Of a stretch of DNA of 64,000 bases, positions 10,354 through 20,578 are shown piece by piece (position 1 is the first letter of the stretch; the number at the start of each line of letters is the position of its first letter). Source of the stretch: an uncultured Verrucomicrobiae bacterium (GTDB lineage: Bacteria; Verrucomicrobiota; Verrucomicrobiia; Limisphaerales; JAFGQR01); assembly GCA_963788655.1 (NCBI GenBank), contig CAWBHS010000072.1, positions 96,001 to 160,000 on the forward strand, given 5' to 3'. A program made the position numbers and the translations under genes. The notes below the pieces were generated by a model, which did not search any database, had not been told where the DNA came from, and saw nothing but the letters and a program-made list of their open reading frames with translations.

Positions 10354-11724
10354 TTAACGAGCGGCACTGGCCCTCGCCCCGGCGCGGATCTCCAGCAGTT
10401 CATTTTGCGGAATGTGCAACTGCCCCGCCATGGGCACGGATACTGACACAGTCCCGTCTTCCCATTGCACCGATGTCGCCCGCAAGTCGGAGCCATCCGC
10501 CGTTATCACCCGAAAGGCGGCCGGCGCGGGGACCGGGTCACGCAATAACACGGCGACCAGACCATCCTCCGCCCGCAGACTCCGGTAACCATAGAGCACC
10601 GAGTTGACTTTGACTGCCCCGCTGGCTAAGCTCCGAAACTCGCCTTCCAGGAATTCGCCGAAGCGCAGCAGCACCCCGAAGCGATTGGTCGGGAACTGGT
10701 CGGCGGGTGACGGTGGTTCCAAAATCAACCGGGCCACGTCCCGCGTTCGCACCCGCAGTTTCTGGCGCCGCTCCGAAAAATGCACCTCGTCATCATCCAC
10801 GGAAACCAACGGATCGGCGATCACGGTTCCATTCCGCAGGACAATTTGCGGCACGAAGGGCGTGTTTTCTTGCAGGCGCCGCACGGCGACGCAATCCAAC
10901 GCTGCTTGTGCCCGGGCATTCGCATCGCGGTTGAACAGCCCCAGTCCCACGTAAATCCTTTCCGGGATGCGCGGGTCTTCGCGCTGCACGTATTCCCAAT
11001 ACTGCCCGTCGCGCGACCGATAGCCGGTCAAAGTGTTGCCCTGCCGTCGCAGCTTCACCCAAAAGGGTGCCGCCAGACCGGCCAAGCCTTGTTCCAATCG
11101 CAGTCCCTTCCGCTTCTCCCAACGGTAGAACGTGCTGCCCCCGCCCTGGCGAATGCCCATCAGCACGCTCAATGAATCCGAATCCAAGCTCGTGCGAATA
11201 ACCACGCCGGCTACTGGCCGCCGACGGCGGTCGCGATCGAGCAGACCTTTAAACTCAGCGACGCGCGCCACGATTTCCCAGTCACCGCGAAACGCCTGGT
11301 ACACGAAATGAAACGCCTCACGATTAGCCGAGCCATGGCCGCGGCTGCATTCGAGACGAAATGTGCCATCCTGCCATTGCGCCTGGCCGGGCATTTCCAT
11401 TTCGCCAATGTCAGTATCCTGCCACGGCACGGGCAGACCGGCAGCATTCACCGCCACGTTGGTCGAGCCGTTGGTGGCGCTGGCCATGCTGAGCGAGTAA
11501 GCCTCCGCCTCGAAGGACAGGCGCCAGAGATTGGTCAACGCCACGCTGACCGCGTCGCTGTGATCGCTTACCACCACCAGCGTTGAGAGCGGCACAAAGC
11601 GCACTTCCCCGAGGAAATTGCGCCCATCGCGGGTCTGGACCAACGCGCCTCCAACCTCGGTGTTCGCTGAAAGCAGGAGCCACGCGACGCCCCAAACTAC
11701 ACCGATTGTTCCAAGCTTGGACAT
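10354..11724 (-). CDS. Secreted hypothetical protein with ConA-like/DUF1349-like beta-sandwich
   Basis: Signal-like N-terminus; PWQDTDIG...FHFVYQ...GD.EIVARV...WVKLRRQGNTLTGYRSRDG..W...YVGL. Confidence 0.6.
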   Translation of the reverse strand: MSKLGTIGVVWGVAWLLLSANTEVGGALVQTRDGRNFLGEVRFVPLSTLVVVSDHSDAVSVALTNLWRLSFEAEAYSLSMASATNGSTNVAVNAAGLPVPWQDTDIGEMEMPGQAQWQDGTFRLECSRGHGSANREAFHFVYQAFRGDWEIVARVAEFKGLLDRDRRRRPVAGVVIRTSLDSDSLSVLMGIRQGGGSTFYRWEKRKGLRLEQGLAGLAAPFWVKLRRQGNTLTGYRSRDGQYWEYVQREDPRIPERIYVGLGLFNRDANARAQAALDCVAVRRLQENTPFVPQIVLRNGTVIADPLVSVDDDEVHFSERRQKLRVRTRDVARLILEPPSPADQFPTNRFGVLLRFGEFLEGEFRSLASGAVKVNSVLYGYRSLRAEDGLVAVLLRDPVPAPAAFRVITADGSDLRATSVQWEDGTVSVSVPMAGQLHIPQNELLEIRAGARASAAR

Positions 11725-11766
11725 AACACCGCCACGACCTTCCCCCAATCGCGGGTTCGCGCCAAA

Positions 11767-13314
11767 TCAAAACGTCGGGCCCAACGTCCAGGGCGCAAAT
11801 TCCTCGTCGCCCAGGCCGGCCTGTTCGCTCTTCGTTTGTTCGCCGCCGGCCACCGCGATAATTTTTTCCAGAATCCGCTGCCCCACTTGCGCGACCGTTT
11901 CCGTTCCGTCGAGAATGGTGCCGGCGTTCAAGTCCATGTCGTCCTCCATCCAACGATAGAGCGTGGAGTTGGTCGCGACTTTGATCGTTGGGGTGGGCTT
12001 GCAGCCGTACACGCTCCCCCGGCCGGTCGTGAACACCGCCACATTGCACCCGCCCGCCACCAGACCGGTCATGCTCACCGGGTCGTAACCCGGCGTATCC
12101 ATGAAACAAAACCCCGGCGTGGTGATGGGCTCGGCGTAACGGTAAACCGCCGCCAGTGGGGACTGCCCGCCCTTGGCCACCGCCCCCAGGCTCTTCTCAA
12201 AAATGGTCGTCAATCCTCCGGCCTTGTTGCCCTGGGTGGGATTGTTGTCGATCGTCGCTCCGTGGATGCGCACATGGTCTTCCCACCAGCGAATAATCTC
12301 GAGCAACTTCTCGCCGACGGCCGGCGACGCAGCCCGACGCGTCAATAAATGTTCGGCGCCATAAATCTCGGGCGTTTCCGCCAGCACCGCCGTGCCGCCA
12401 TAACGCACCAATTCATCCGCAGCCACTCCGAGGGCGGGATTGGCGGTGATGCCGCTGTTGCCATCCGAGCCGCCGCACTCCTCCGCGAGCATGAGCTGGC
12501 TGACAGGCTGACGCGAACGGCGGCAGGCGTTGGCTTGCGGCAGCAATTGCACGACTGCCGCCGCCGCGGCTTCAACGGTCTTGCGCACACCTCCGACATT
12601 TTGGATGTCCATGAAAACCGGCGCCGATTCTCCGACCCGGTCCAGAGCAAATTCCTGTCGCAACGCCTGCACCTGGTTGACCTCGCACCCGAGGCCGATC
12701 AGCACGTAGCCGGCGATATTGGGATGCCGTGCCAGGCCCGCAAACACTCGTTGCAGCATCCGCAACGGTTCCCCCGGTTGCAGGGCGCAGCCGGTTTTGT
12801 GCGTGAACGCCACGACGCCATTGACATTGGGAAAATCGTGTCGCAGCTCCGGCCCTTTGAAACGTTCGGCAACGTAACGCGCCACGGAGGCCGAACAATT
12901 GACGCTGGAAATGACGGCCAGATAATTGCGCGTGCCCACTCGTCCACCGGCCCGCGCGTAGCCCGGGAAGAAACGCTGCTGTTCCGGCGGATAATAGTTC
13001 ACCGGTCGAACGTCGCTGCCGATCTGGCAATCGCGCGAAAAATCCTTGGCCGCCAGGTTGTGGACGTGGACGTGTTCCCCCGGCGCAATCCGGCTCCGGG
13101 CAAAGCCAATGATTTGACCATACTTGATTACCGGCTGGCCTTCCGTTACTTCGCTCAGGGCGAGCTTGTGTCCGGCGGGAATGGGCTGAGCCGCAATGAT
13201 GCGAAGGGTGTCTCCGGCCAGGGGCGTGCCGGTTTTGAGCGGGCGCTTCAGCACCGCGACATTGTCGGCGGGGTGCAGGCGCAAGGCGTAATCATCAAAG
13301 CGCTCTTCGGTCAT
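11767..13314 (-). CDS. uxaA: Altronate/galactarate dehydratase family (SAF + D-galactarate dehydratase domain)
   Basis: IPAGHKLA..VIKYG.IIG, GTRNY..ISSVNCS, GLGCE, ECGGSDG.SG.TANP, EKSLGA..KGG, FTTGRGS. Confidence 0.88.
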   Translation of the reverse strand: MTEERFDDYALRLHPADNVAVLKRPLKTGTPLAGDTLRIIAAQPIPAGHKLALSEVTEGQPVIKYGQIIGFARSRIAPGEHVHVHNLAAKDFSRDCQIGSDVRPVNYYPPEQQRFFPGYARAGGRVGTRNYLAVISSVNCSASVARYVAERFKGPELRHDFPNVNGVVAFTHKTGCALQPGEPLRMLQRVFAGLARHPNIAGYVLIGLGCEVNQVQALRQEFALDRVGESAPVFMDIQNVGGVRKTVEAAAAAVVQLLPQANACRRSRQPVSQLMLAEECGGSDGNSGITANPALGVAADELVRYGGTAVLAETPEIYGAEHLLTRRAASPAVGEKLLEIIRWWEDHVRIHGATIDNNPTQGNKAGGLTTIFEKSLGAVAKGGQSPLAAVYRYAEPITTPGFCFMDTPGYDPVSMTGLVAGGCNVAVFTTGRGSVYGCKPTPTIKVATNSTLYRWMEDDMDLNAGTILDGTETVAQVGQRILEKIIAVAGGEQTKSEQAGLGDEEFAPWTLGPTF

Positions 13315-13324
13315 GGAACCGGTG

Positions 13325-14281
13325 CTACGCCCCAAAAACTCGCCGCACAAACTCCCGGCTCAAGCGATGGTTTTCGACGCCTGACCGCGTGACTTTGGTG
13401 CCGCCTTCCAAGGCCAGCTCCACCGTGAAGCGCCGCGCCAGGTGGTGGGCTTTGGCGTATTTGGCCACCGCGGCATAGTCGATGTCCCCCGTGTCCAGGA
13501 TTTCATACCAAACCCCATTTCGGCTTTGGCGAAGGTGCCAGGTGACTATTCGGTTGCCATATTGCTGGAGCACGTCCATGGGCATCAGGCCGCCCTTCCA
13601 CACCCAGTGGACATCGTAGCACAAGCCCACCAGGTCGGGCTTCGTGTGATCGTAATTGTAATGGAACTCGCGGGCATGATTGGCCATGGCGGGCAAATGA
13701 TTGTGAATGCCCAATTGCATGCCCAATTCCTTGAGTCCCTCGCCCAGCTTGGTCAGCGCCTTGACTTGGGTCTGAAGTTCCGCGTCGGTTTTTTCGCGGC
13801 CGATGGGATCGGGATTGCAACTGATCACCTCGAAGCCAGCCTGGCGGCACACCTTGGCGGCGGCCAGCAAGCGGGCCACCGTGTCATCGGCCTTGCCGGC
13901 TTCGTGCAAGCGGGCGCCGGTGTACAGGCTGACCGGTTTGAGGCCCTTGGCTTTCAGTTGATCGGCAAACACGGCGCAATTCTCCGGTCGGCCCACGTCC
14001 ATAAAATTCTCCAGGTAATCGTAGCCCGCGTCGCGCAACGCCGAAATCACGTCCTCGATATTCAACGGTTTCTTGTCGCGCTGCGCATATTGGGTCCAGC
14101 CGTAAATGTTTGAGCCCACCAAAGCTTTTTGGCTCGTTGCCGTTGGCTGGTCGGCTGCGAGCAAGCGGGCAACGGCGCCGGTATGGGCGGCCGCGGCACC
14201 CAGCACGAGGGCGGAGCCGGTTTGGCGAATGAAATGGCGGCGAGACTGACGAAGCGGATGCATCTGGATTGACTGTTTCAT
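13325..14281 (-). CDS. Tat-exported sugar phosphate isomerase/epimerase (xylose isomerase-like TIM barrel)
   Basis: SRRHFIRQ twin-arginine signal; HNH, D.HW, HLRQ, VELA metal-site pattern. Confidence 0.8.
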   Translation of the reverse strand: MKQSIQMHPLRQSRRHFIRQTGSALVLGAAAAHTGAVARLLAADQPTATSQKALVGSNIYGWTQYAQRDKKPLNIEDVISALRDAGYDYLENFMDVGRPENCAVFADQLKAKGLKPVSLYTGARLHEAGKADDTVARLLAAAKVCRQAGFEVISCNPDPIGREKTDAELQTQVKALTKLGEGLKELGMQLGIHNHLPAMANHAREFHYNYDHTKPDLVGLCYDVHWVWKGGLMPMDVLQQYGNRIVTWHLRQSRNGVWYEILDTGDIDYAAVAKYAKAHHLARRFTVELALEGGTKVTRSGVENHRLSREFVRRVFGA

Positions 14282-14650
14282 GACGTGATTCAACGCCGCG
14301 GGCCAGGTTTTGGCCACAAAAATCTAATACGCCGGAGAAGGCCAAGGACCAAGCATCAAGAACCAAAGAATGATCGAGGTCCAAGTGCCACTGCCAAGTC
14401 TGGTCTCAAACGACTACGGTCCAGTCCCGCGTCCTGAATTCACTGGCTGATCACAAGGCTGGAACAGAAGAGTTGGATGGTATGACCACATGCGCCCTCT
14501 TTTGCCCATTGCCAAGCATACATTTACTTGGGAACCGCGTGCGGTCTATTCCAGAATTATCTCTAAGAACAAGAAAAACTTTGGTACCTGGACCAGACGC
14601 GCAGGGCAATCGTTCGTTTCCAAGATTGCTGTCGCCAATCGATCCGCACT

Positions 14651-15313
14651 TCAAGGTTTGACCTTGTTGCGCAGGATGACTTTGCCATTGGTGACTTGAA
14701 TGCTTTCGAATTTCGCCACCAGGGACGCCGCTTTCGGATCCTTCGCGATCTCCGAGGCGAAATTCTCCTTCTTCAATTCGGACATGATCAGTCCGGGCAA
14801 CGGTTTGCCTTTGACTTCCAAGTGTTCAATTTGCAGCCGGAGCGTGTCGTTCTGCAACCAAACCTTCAGGATCGCCTGCCCGTTCAGGTAGCGGCCTTTG
14901 AGTTTCAACGGCCCCAGATCTTGCAGGGGAATGCTGACAAGGCCTTGGAGCCGATCTCCGTCGATATTCACAAATATTTTTGGCGCGTTTGTTTCTCCGG
15001 CGGTTTTTTCCTCGATCAGCGCATTGATTTCATCGGCTGACAAAACCAGTTCCTGCGCGTTGGTTGGCGCGTCCAGCGCGGCTTCAAAGGCATCGACGCG
15101 GGCCTTCAGTTCCTGGAGGTGCGTGGGGGAAAGCTCCACCGTGGGCAGGGTCTCAGGTGCTGGAGCGGTGTATTTGAGCGCTAAATCCTGGGCCGAGCGC
15201 ATGGCATACCGAATTGCAAAATATCCTCCGACTGCGGCGATGAGGACACAGATTGCCAGAGTTAGACATCCGTAAAAGAGACATCCCCGTTTTTTGGTTG
15301 CCGCCGTTTGCAT
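14651..15313 (-). CDS. Membrane-anchored hypothetical protein
   Basis: KKRGCLFYGCL followed by a single hydrophobic helix and a soluble domain. Confidence 0.65.
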   Translation of the reverse strand: MQTAATKKRGCLFYGCLTLAICVLIAAVGGYFAIRYAMRSAQDLALKYTAPAPETLPTVELSPTHLQELKARVDAFEAALDAPTNAQELVLSADEINALIEEKTAGETNAPKIFVNIDGDRLQGLVSIPLQDLGPLKLKGRYLNGQAILKVWLQNDTLRLQIEHLEVKGKPLPGLIMSELKKENFASEIAKDPKAASLVAKFESIQVTNGKVILRNKVKP

Positions 15314-15553
15314 GCGACTATTCTGCAAATGGCCCGTGTCCTGGCAAGCTCTGTGTTTGCGAGCACTGTCTTCGATCTTCCACTGCGGGGGCGCTCCTCT
15401 CGGACGGAAGGCTCTTCCCCGGGGTCGGAAACGTTGGCGGGAGCCTGATCAAAATGCAGGGCATCCCATTGTCGTTGCTCGACAAGGATTCCGACAGAGA
15501 ACCAACCGTCTCCGCGAGTTCGGCTACGATACCGGCACCAACCGCTGGGTGGA

Positions 15554-17059
15554 TTAGAGTGAGTTCTGCGGAGCGGACGGGGGGGTGGCGTTGGGTTTCG
15601 GAACGGCTGTCGAGTATTCCGGCAGGACTTCTCGTTGGGGCTCCGGAAGCCAGAAGGAAGCCACGAGTCCCACCAAGTAAACAAAGAACGCTACGCCGGC
15701 GGCGGTGTAAGCCAGTTTGGCTGGGGCGAAAGCGTGATTCGAAGTGGCGGCGATGGTGGTGGTGACCCAGGCAAACGACGTGCCGATCATGCGCCCGCCT
15801 ATGTTGGCCGCAAAACTTTCACCGGTGCCGCGCAGGTGGAGGGGATACACGCGGGGCAGGTAGTTGCCCCAAAAACTGAATTGCCCCACAGTTAACAACC
15901 CGGCCAGAAACATCCCGACATAAAGCCAGCGCAAACTGGTGACGGCTGCGACGGCGAAAACCAGCGGCAAAATCACCAATCCGGGCACTTGAAACAGCCG
16001 CAATAACTTCTGCCGGCTCACCAAGCGCACGACCAAAATGGCCAATAACACCCGGCCGACCAAGCCACCGATCTCCTGCACTTTGGCCACACTGGACGCC
16101 ACCGACTGCTCAACCCGTTTTTGTTCCCGTGGCGGTTTGCCCGCAACCATCTCCTTGACTTCCGATAAACCTGGAATCATCCGCGGCATGTGCTGAATGG
16201 CTCCGAATGCCGCCCCATACGAGCATGCGAAAATCAGAGTAGTGATCAACGTCGTTCGCCGGAGTTGCGGCGAAAACAACTCGGCCAGGCTGGGCCGTTG
16301 CAACGTTCCTTCTTCGTGCTTTTGACGCCAAGCCGGGGACTCCGGCAGGAAGGGCCGGATGAGAATCAAAGGGATGGCCGGCACCAAGCCCGAGATCAAC
16401 GTGTAACGCCACGCCGCCTGCGGATCTTTGATGGCGCCCCCAAAGAAGTTTAACCAGTCGGGTAAGTGCAACGCCGGGAGGGTCAGAGCGGGAAAAGTAA
16501 GCTCTCCCAACAGGGCGTATGGTTTGCCCGCCGACCAAGCCACCGCCAGACCGTTGGCCACCGCCACCAGCAGCCCGCCGATCGACGAAAAGGCTTGCGT
16601 GTATCCCAGCACGTTTTCGCGCTGTTTGGGATGCGGAAACAATTCGGCCAACCAGGCGACCGCTGCCACAAACTCGACGCACACGCCCACAAATGTTGTG
16701 CAGCGGAAGAACAACAACATACCCGGGGTGGTCGAAAATCCGGCGGCAAACGCCGAAAACGCATACACCAGAATGCTGTACGTGAGCACCCGCCGCCGTC
16801 CAAACCGGTCCGTCAACCAGCCGCCCAGCAACCCAAAAGCACCCCCGGTAATTGCCGGCAGAAAGAACAACAAACCGACCCAGTGACTGAACTCGGGGCT
16901 GCCCGGCACGGCGCCGATAAGTTCCTGGAGTGCCGGACGGACGATCAACGGCAGCATGAGCAACTCGTAAATGTCAAAGGCAAACCCGATGACGGCGATG
17001 AAACATACCAGCCATTGAATGGGCGTCAGTCGGTTTGGCCCTGTTTGCGTGTGACTCAT
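15554..17059 (-). CDS. MFS transporter
   Basis: GWLTDRFGRRRVL motif A; multiple TM helices; YPLHLRGTG. Confidence 0.9.
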   Translation of the reverse strand: MSHTQTGPNRLTPIQWLVCFIAVIGFAFDIYELLMLPLIVRPALQELIGAVPGSPEFSHWVGLLFFLPAITGGAFGLLGGWLTDRFGRRRVLTYSILVYAFSAFAAGFSTTPGMLLFFRCTTFVGVCVEFVAAVAWLAELFPHPKQRENVLGYTQAFSSIGGLLVAVANGLAVAWSAGKPYALLGELTFPALTLPALHLPDWLNFFGGAIKDPQAAWRYTLISGLVPAIPLILIRPFLPESPAWRQKHEEGTLQRPSLAELFSPQLRRTTLITTLIFACSYGAAFGAIQHMPRMIPGLSEVKEMVAGKPPREQKRVEQSVASSVAKVQEIGGLVGRVLLAILVVRLVSRQKLLRLFQVPGLVILPLVFAVAAVTSLRWLYVGMFLAGLLTVGQFSFWGNYLPRVYPLHLRGTGESFAANIGGRMIGTSFAWVTTTIAATSNHAFAPAKLAYTAAGVAFFVYLVGLVASFWLPEPQREVLPEYSTAVPKPNATPPSAPQNSL

Positions 17060-17169
17060 AGGTCGAATTTTTATCATTAATGGTTCGAAGTAACAAGTGA
17101 CTTTGTGCGGCGGGGTGTGCCTGTCCATGTTTGCCCATCCGAAGTGCCCTGGGGCATAAATACGTTGAC

Positions 17170-17304
17170 GTGGCGCCGACTTCCAGCCTGCCGTATCGCG
17201 GAGTTCCAATCCGCTGGCCGCACGCCCACCGTGGTCCACGCCGAATTCTTCCACGCGCTGCCGACTGGAAGTCGGCGAGACAGCAGGTGGGAAACCGGCG
17301 CTAC
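17170..17304. repeat. REP-like doublet
   Basis: GTGGCGCCGACTTCCAGCCTGC... and GCCGACTGGAAGTCGGCGAGACAGCAGGTGGGAAACCGGCGCTAC (GTAG end on - strand) between divergent MFS and PKS. Confidence 0.65.
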
Positions 17305-17455
17305 GAGACGTCGCCCGGCAATACGTCACCGAACTTACGCCCCGAACCACTCAGTGACGATCTTTCAGCCGCGCCCGATGCTCATCCATGAGCCCCCGGA
17401 CAGCGCTTCCGCGTTAAACGATGGCGGAGCGACGCCTCCTGCGCTATGGTCTGTC

Positions 17456-18514
17456 ATGTTTGTGAAAGGAATCGGCACCGCAGTTCCCCCGTCGCACTAC
17501 ACGCAAGCCGAATGTTGGGAAGCGTTGCGAGCCGCGCCTGAATACGCGGAGTTGACCACCCGTTCCCGGGCCCTCCTGCGGAAAGTGCTCTTGGGCGACA
17601 ATGGCATCGAGCGACGTTACCTGGCACTGGATCCATTGGCTGAGGCGTTTTGCTTGACGCCTGATGCGATGCACCATCGCTTTCTCAAGCATGCGCCGAC
17701 ACTCGCGGCGAAGGCCGCCGAGCGGGCGCTGCGGCAGGCCGGTGTCGCGACACAAGAAATCGATGCCCTCATCATCAGCACCTGCACCGGGTATTTGTGT
17801 CCGGGGCTCACGAGTTACGTCAGCGAGCGTCTCGGATTGCGCAGCGACACGCTGGGATTGGATTTGGTGGGACAGGGGTGCGGCGCGGCGTTGCCGAACT
17901 TGCGAACGGCCGCCGCGTTGTTGGCGGCCGGCAATTGCGCGAACGCGTTGTGCGTCTGTGTGGAGGTGTGCAGCGCGGCGTTCTATGTGGACGATGATCC
18001 CGGCGTGCTGGTCAGCGCCTGCCTCTTCGGTGACGGCGCGGCGGCGGTGGTGGTGTCGGGGCAACCATCGGGGGTTGGACGGCGGATTGCGTGGAGGGAC
18101 GCGGAGTCCCTGCTGAGCCCGGCGGATCGCGACGGCCTGCGCTTCGAACAACGCAATGGCATGCTGCGGAACATTCTGACGCGCCAAGTGCCGGCCCTGG
18201 CGGCCCGGCATGCCGAGACGGTGCTGAGCACGGCGTTGGCGCGCGCACATGTCAACCGGACCGAACTCACCGGTTGGATCCTGCACGCCGCCGGCCGGGA
18301 CGTGCTACTGGCGCTGCGGGAACGGTGGGGATTGGCCAACGAGGATTTGCGCTGGAGTGCGGCAGTGTTGCGCGAACACGGCAACATGAGCAGCGCCAGC
18401 GTGCTGTTCGTGCTCGCGGCGGCACTGACGGCCGGCGCCCCGGGCGGCTGGTGGTGGATGTCGTCCTTTGGCGCCGGCTTCACCTGCCATGGCGCCTTGT
18501 GGGAAGTCGAGTAA
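17456..18514 (+). CDS. Type III polyketide synthase (chalcone/stilbene synthase family)
   Basis: Catalytic Cys (GQGCG), His (WILHAAG), Asn (HGNMSS); LFGDGAAA; FGAGF. Confidence 0.92.
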   Translation: MFVKGIGTAVPPSHYTQAECWEALRAAPEYAELTTRSRALLRKVLLGDNGIERRYLALDPLAEAFCLTPDAMHHRFLKHAPTLAAKAAERALRQAGVATQEIDALIISTCTGYLCPGLTSYVSERLGLRSDTLGLDLVGQGCGAALPNLRTAAALLAAGNCANALCVCVEVCSAAFYVDDDPGVLVSACLFGDGAAAVVVSGQPSGVGRRIAWRDAESLLSPADRDGLRFEQRNGMLRNILTRQVPALAARHAETVLSTALARAHVNRTELTGWILHAAGRDVLLALRERWGLANEDLRWSAAVLREHGNMSSASVLFVLAAALTAGAPGGWWWMSSFGAGFTCHGALWEVE

Positions 18515-18555
18515 ACCGCGCATCACCCTGCGAAAATCGTTGATTGTTTTTACGC

Positions 18556-19260
18556 ATGACCTCTCGTTTCGTTCAACCCGAATTACTGGATGAACTCCCC
18601 CCCACCAGTCCCGACGCTTTGCGATCACGGCGTGACATCAACCGCATCAACGCCTGGCTGGGCCACGCGCGTTACTTCGCGCGCGCGCTGCGGGAATCCT
18701 CGCGGGCGGCGCCGCTTCGGCGAGTGGCGGACCTTGGTGGTGGCGACGGCACGTTTTTACTCCGCGTTGCCCGGCGCCTTGACGGTCTCGAACCCCCGAA
18801 GGAAGTGACCTTGGTGGATACGCACCCGATGGTTTCCGCCGCCACCCGCGATGCGTTGCGTGCCCGGGGGTGGTCACTGCATTGCGTCCGCGCGAACGTG
18901 CTTGATTGGATTCGTAACGAAGGGGCTTCGAATTATGACATCCTGCTGGCCAACCTGTTCCTGCACCATTGCTCGGCCGAACAGCTCCGGGCTCTCTTCA
19001 CCGCCGCGGCGCAACGCACCCGACGGTTGGTTGCGGGTGAACCCGCGCGGCGTCCTGGTGCGCGGCTCGGCGCCTCGCTGCTCTGGCTGCTTGGCTGCAA
19101 TCACGTCACGCGTCACGACGCCCGCGTCAGCATCTGCGCCGGTTTTCGGGGACGCGAACTCTCGACATTGTGGCCTGGCGACGGTGAGTGGCAGTTGCAA
19201 GAAAAGCCCAGCGGATTGTTCAGCCACTTCTTTTATGCCTGGAGGGCTGACGCGAAATAA
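18556..19260 (+). CDS. Class I SAM-dependent methyltransferase
   Basis: ELLDEL, VADLGGGDG SAM motif, NLFLHH, TRHDA..S...GF. Confidence 0.85.
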   Translation: MTSRFVQPELLDELPPTSPDALRSRRDINRINAWLGHARYFARALRESSRAAPLRRVADLGGGDGTFLLRVARRLDGLEPPKEVTLVDTHPMVSAATRDALRARGWSLHCVRANVLDWIRNEGASNYDILLANLFLHHCSAEQLRALFTAAAQRTRRLVAGEPARRPGARLGASLLWLLGCNHVTRHDARVSICAGFRGRELSTLWPGDGEWQLQEKPSGLFSHFFYAWRADAK

Positions 19261-19281
19261 GTGCCATGCGATGAACGTGCC

Positions 19282-20322
19282 ATGACCTCGCGCCAACCCA
19301 TCACGATCGTCGGCGGCGGACTGGCTGGGCTTGCCTTGGGTCTGGCATTGCGCCGGCGCCAGGTGCCGGTCACGCTGTGGGAAGCCGGACATTATCCGCG
19401 GCACCGCGTCTGTGGCGAATTCATCAATGGCCGGGGGGTGCAAACCCTTGAGCGACTGGGGATGCTTGAACTAGTATTGCAAGCTGGCGCCCATTGGGCT
19501 CGCGAGGTTGCCTTCTTCGCCACCGACGAATTGCAACTCAAGCGTTCGCTCCCGCGACCGGCTTTGTGTGTGTCGCGTTACGTATTGGATGATTTGTTGG
19601 CGCGCGAGTTTCGCCGGTCGGGCGGCGAGCTGCTGGAGGGCCGGCGGTGGACGGCGAGTACGTCCGGGAACGGTATTGTCCGGGCCAATGGCCGGCGACT
19701 CCAAGCGGTGGTGCGCGGGTGGCGTTGGCTGGCGCTGAAGGTGCATGTTGGCGAGGTTCCACTTGCCGCTGACCTGGAAATGCATTTGTCGTCCGACGGC
19801 TACGCTGGTTTGTCGCGCGCCAACGGCGCCATCAATGTCTGCGGATTGTTTCGGAGCCGCGGACCCTGGCCTCAACTGCGTGAGCATTGGCGCGCGTTCT
19901 TGTTTGGGCCGCCGGATTCCCCGCGGCACTGTCGGCTGAGCCAGGCCGAGTTGGACGACAATTCGTTTTGTTCGATTGCTGGATTGTCCGTGGAACCGCG
20001 GCTGGCCATCGATGACGATTCGTTGGCAGTGGGCGATGCGTTGACGATGATTCCGCCCATCACCGGCAACGGCATGTCCATGGCCTTCGAATCGGCTGAG
20101 CTCGCCGCCCACGCGCTTGAACCATATTGCGAGGGAGAGCAATCCTGGGCGTCCGCGCGCCAGCGGTATGCCCGCCGATGCCGTCAACAATTTGGGTCGC
20201 GACTGGTGGCCGCGGCGCTGTTGCACCGGGTCATGTTCGCTCGCGGGGCGCGACACTTCCTGGCGGCATTTCTGAAACACTGCCCGTGGATGTGGCGGAT
20301 CGGCTTTCAATTAACGCGATAA
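19282..20322 (+). CDS. FAD-dependent oxidoreductase/monooxygenase
   Basis: IVGGGLAG, YPRHRVCGEF, VGDA..MIPPITGNGMSMA. Confidence 0.85.
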   Translation: MTSRQPITIVGGGLAGLALGLALRRRQVPVTLWEAGHYPRHRVCGEFINGRGVQTLERLGMLELVLQAGAHWAREVAFFATDELQLKRSLPRPALCVSRYVLDDLLAREFRRSGGELLEGRRWTASTSGNGIVRANGRRLQAVVRGWRWLALKVHVGEVPLAADLEMHLSSDGYAGLSRANGAINVCGLFRSRGPWPQLREHWRAFLFGPPDSPRHCRLSQAELDDNSFCSIAGLSVEPRLAIDDDSLAVGDALTMIPPITGNGMSMAFESAELAAHALEPYCEGEQSWASARQRYARRCRQQFGSRLVAAALLHRVMFARGARHFLAAFLKHCPWMWRIGFQLTR

Positions 20323-20578
20323 GCTGAGCTTGGAATGTGGTTTTTTGGATGGCGCAATATATGGTTAGTGAAGGTTAATTAATGTATAGCCTATCTTGGC
20401 GGCCACCTTTACCAATATTGCTGTGCTCAACAACTCATACTGTCGGTTAGCGGTACCCGATTGGGGAAATGAGGCTATTGTTCTTGATGACTTCCGGTTC
20501 GAATCAAAGTACTAAATGGGCTTCGTTCACGTCTTGTCATCTTTAAGCCAGTCACCGCGTTACTAAACTCTGGATGCT
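20323..20578 (+). promoter_or_regulatory. AT-rich intergenic region, likely promoter of the hydrogenase operon
   Basis: Visibly more AT-rich than flanking CDS; short palindromes TTAATTAA and CAATATTG. Confidence 0.45.

Noticed and set aside
20484..20507. FNR box upstream of the hydrogenase (TTGAT...ATCAA)
   Set aside because: Half-sites are 14 bp apart rather than the canonical 4
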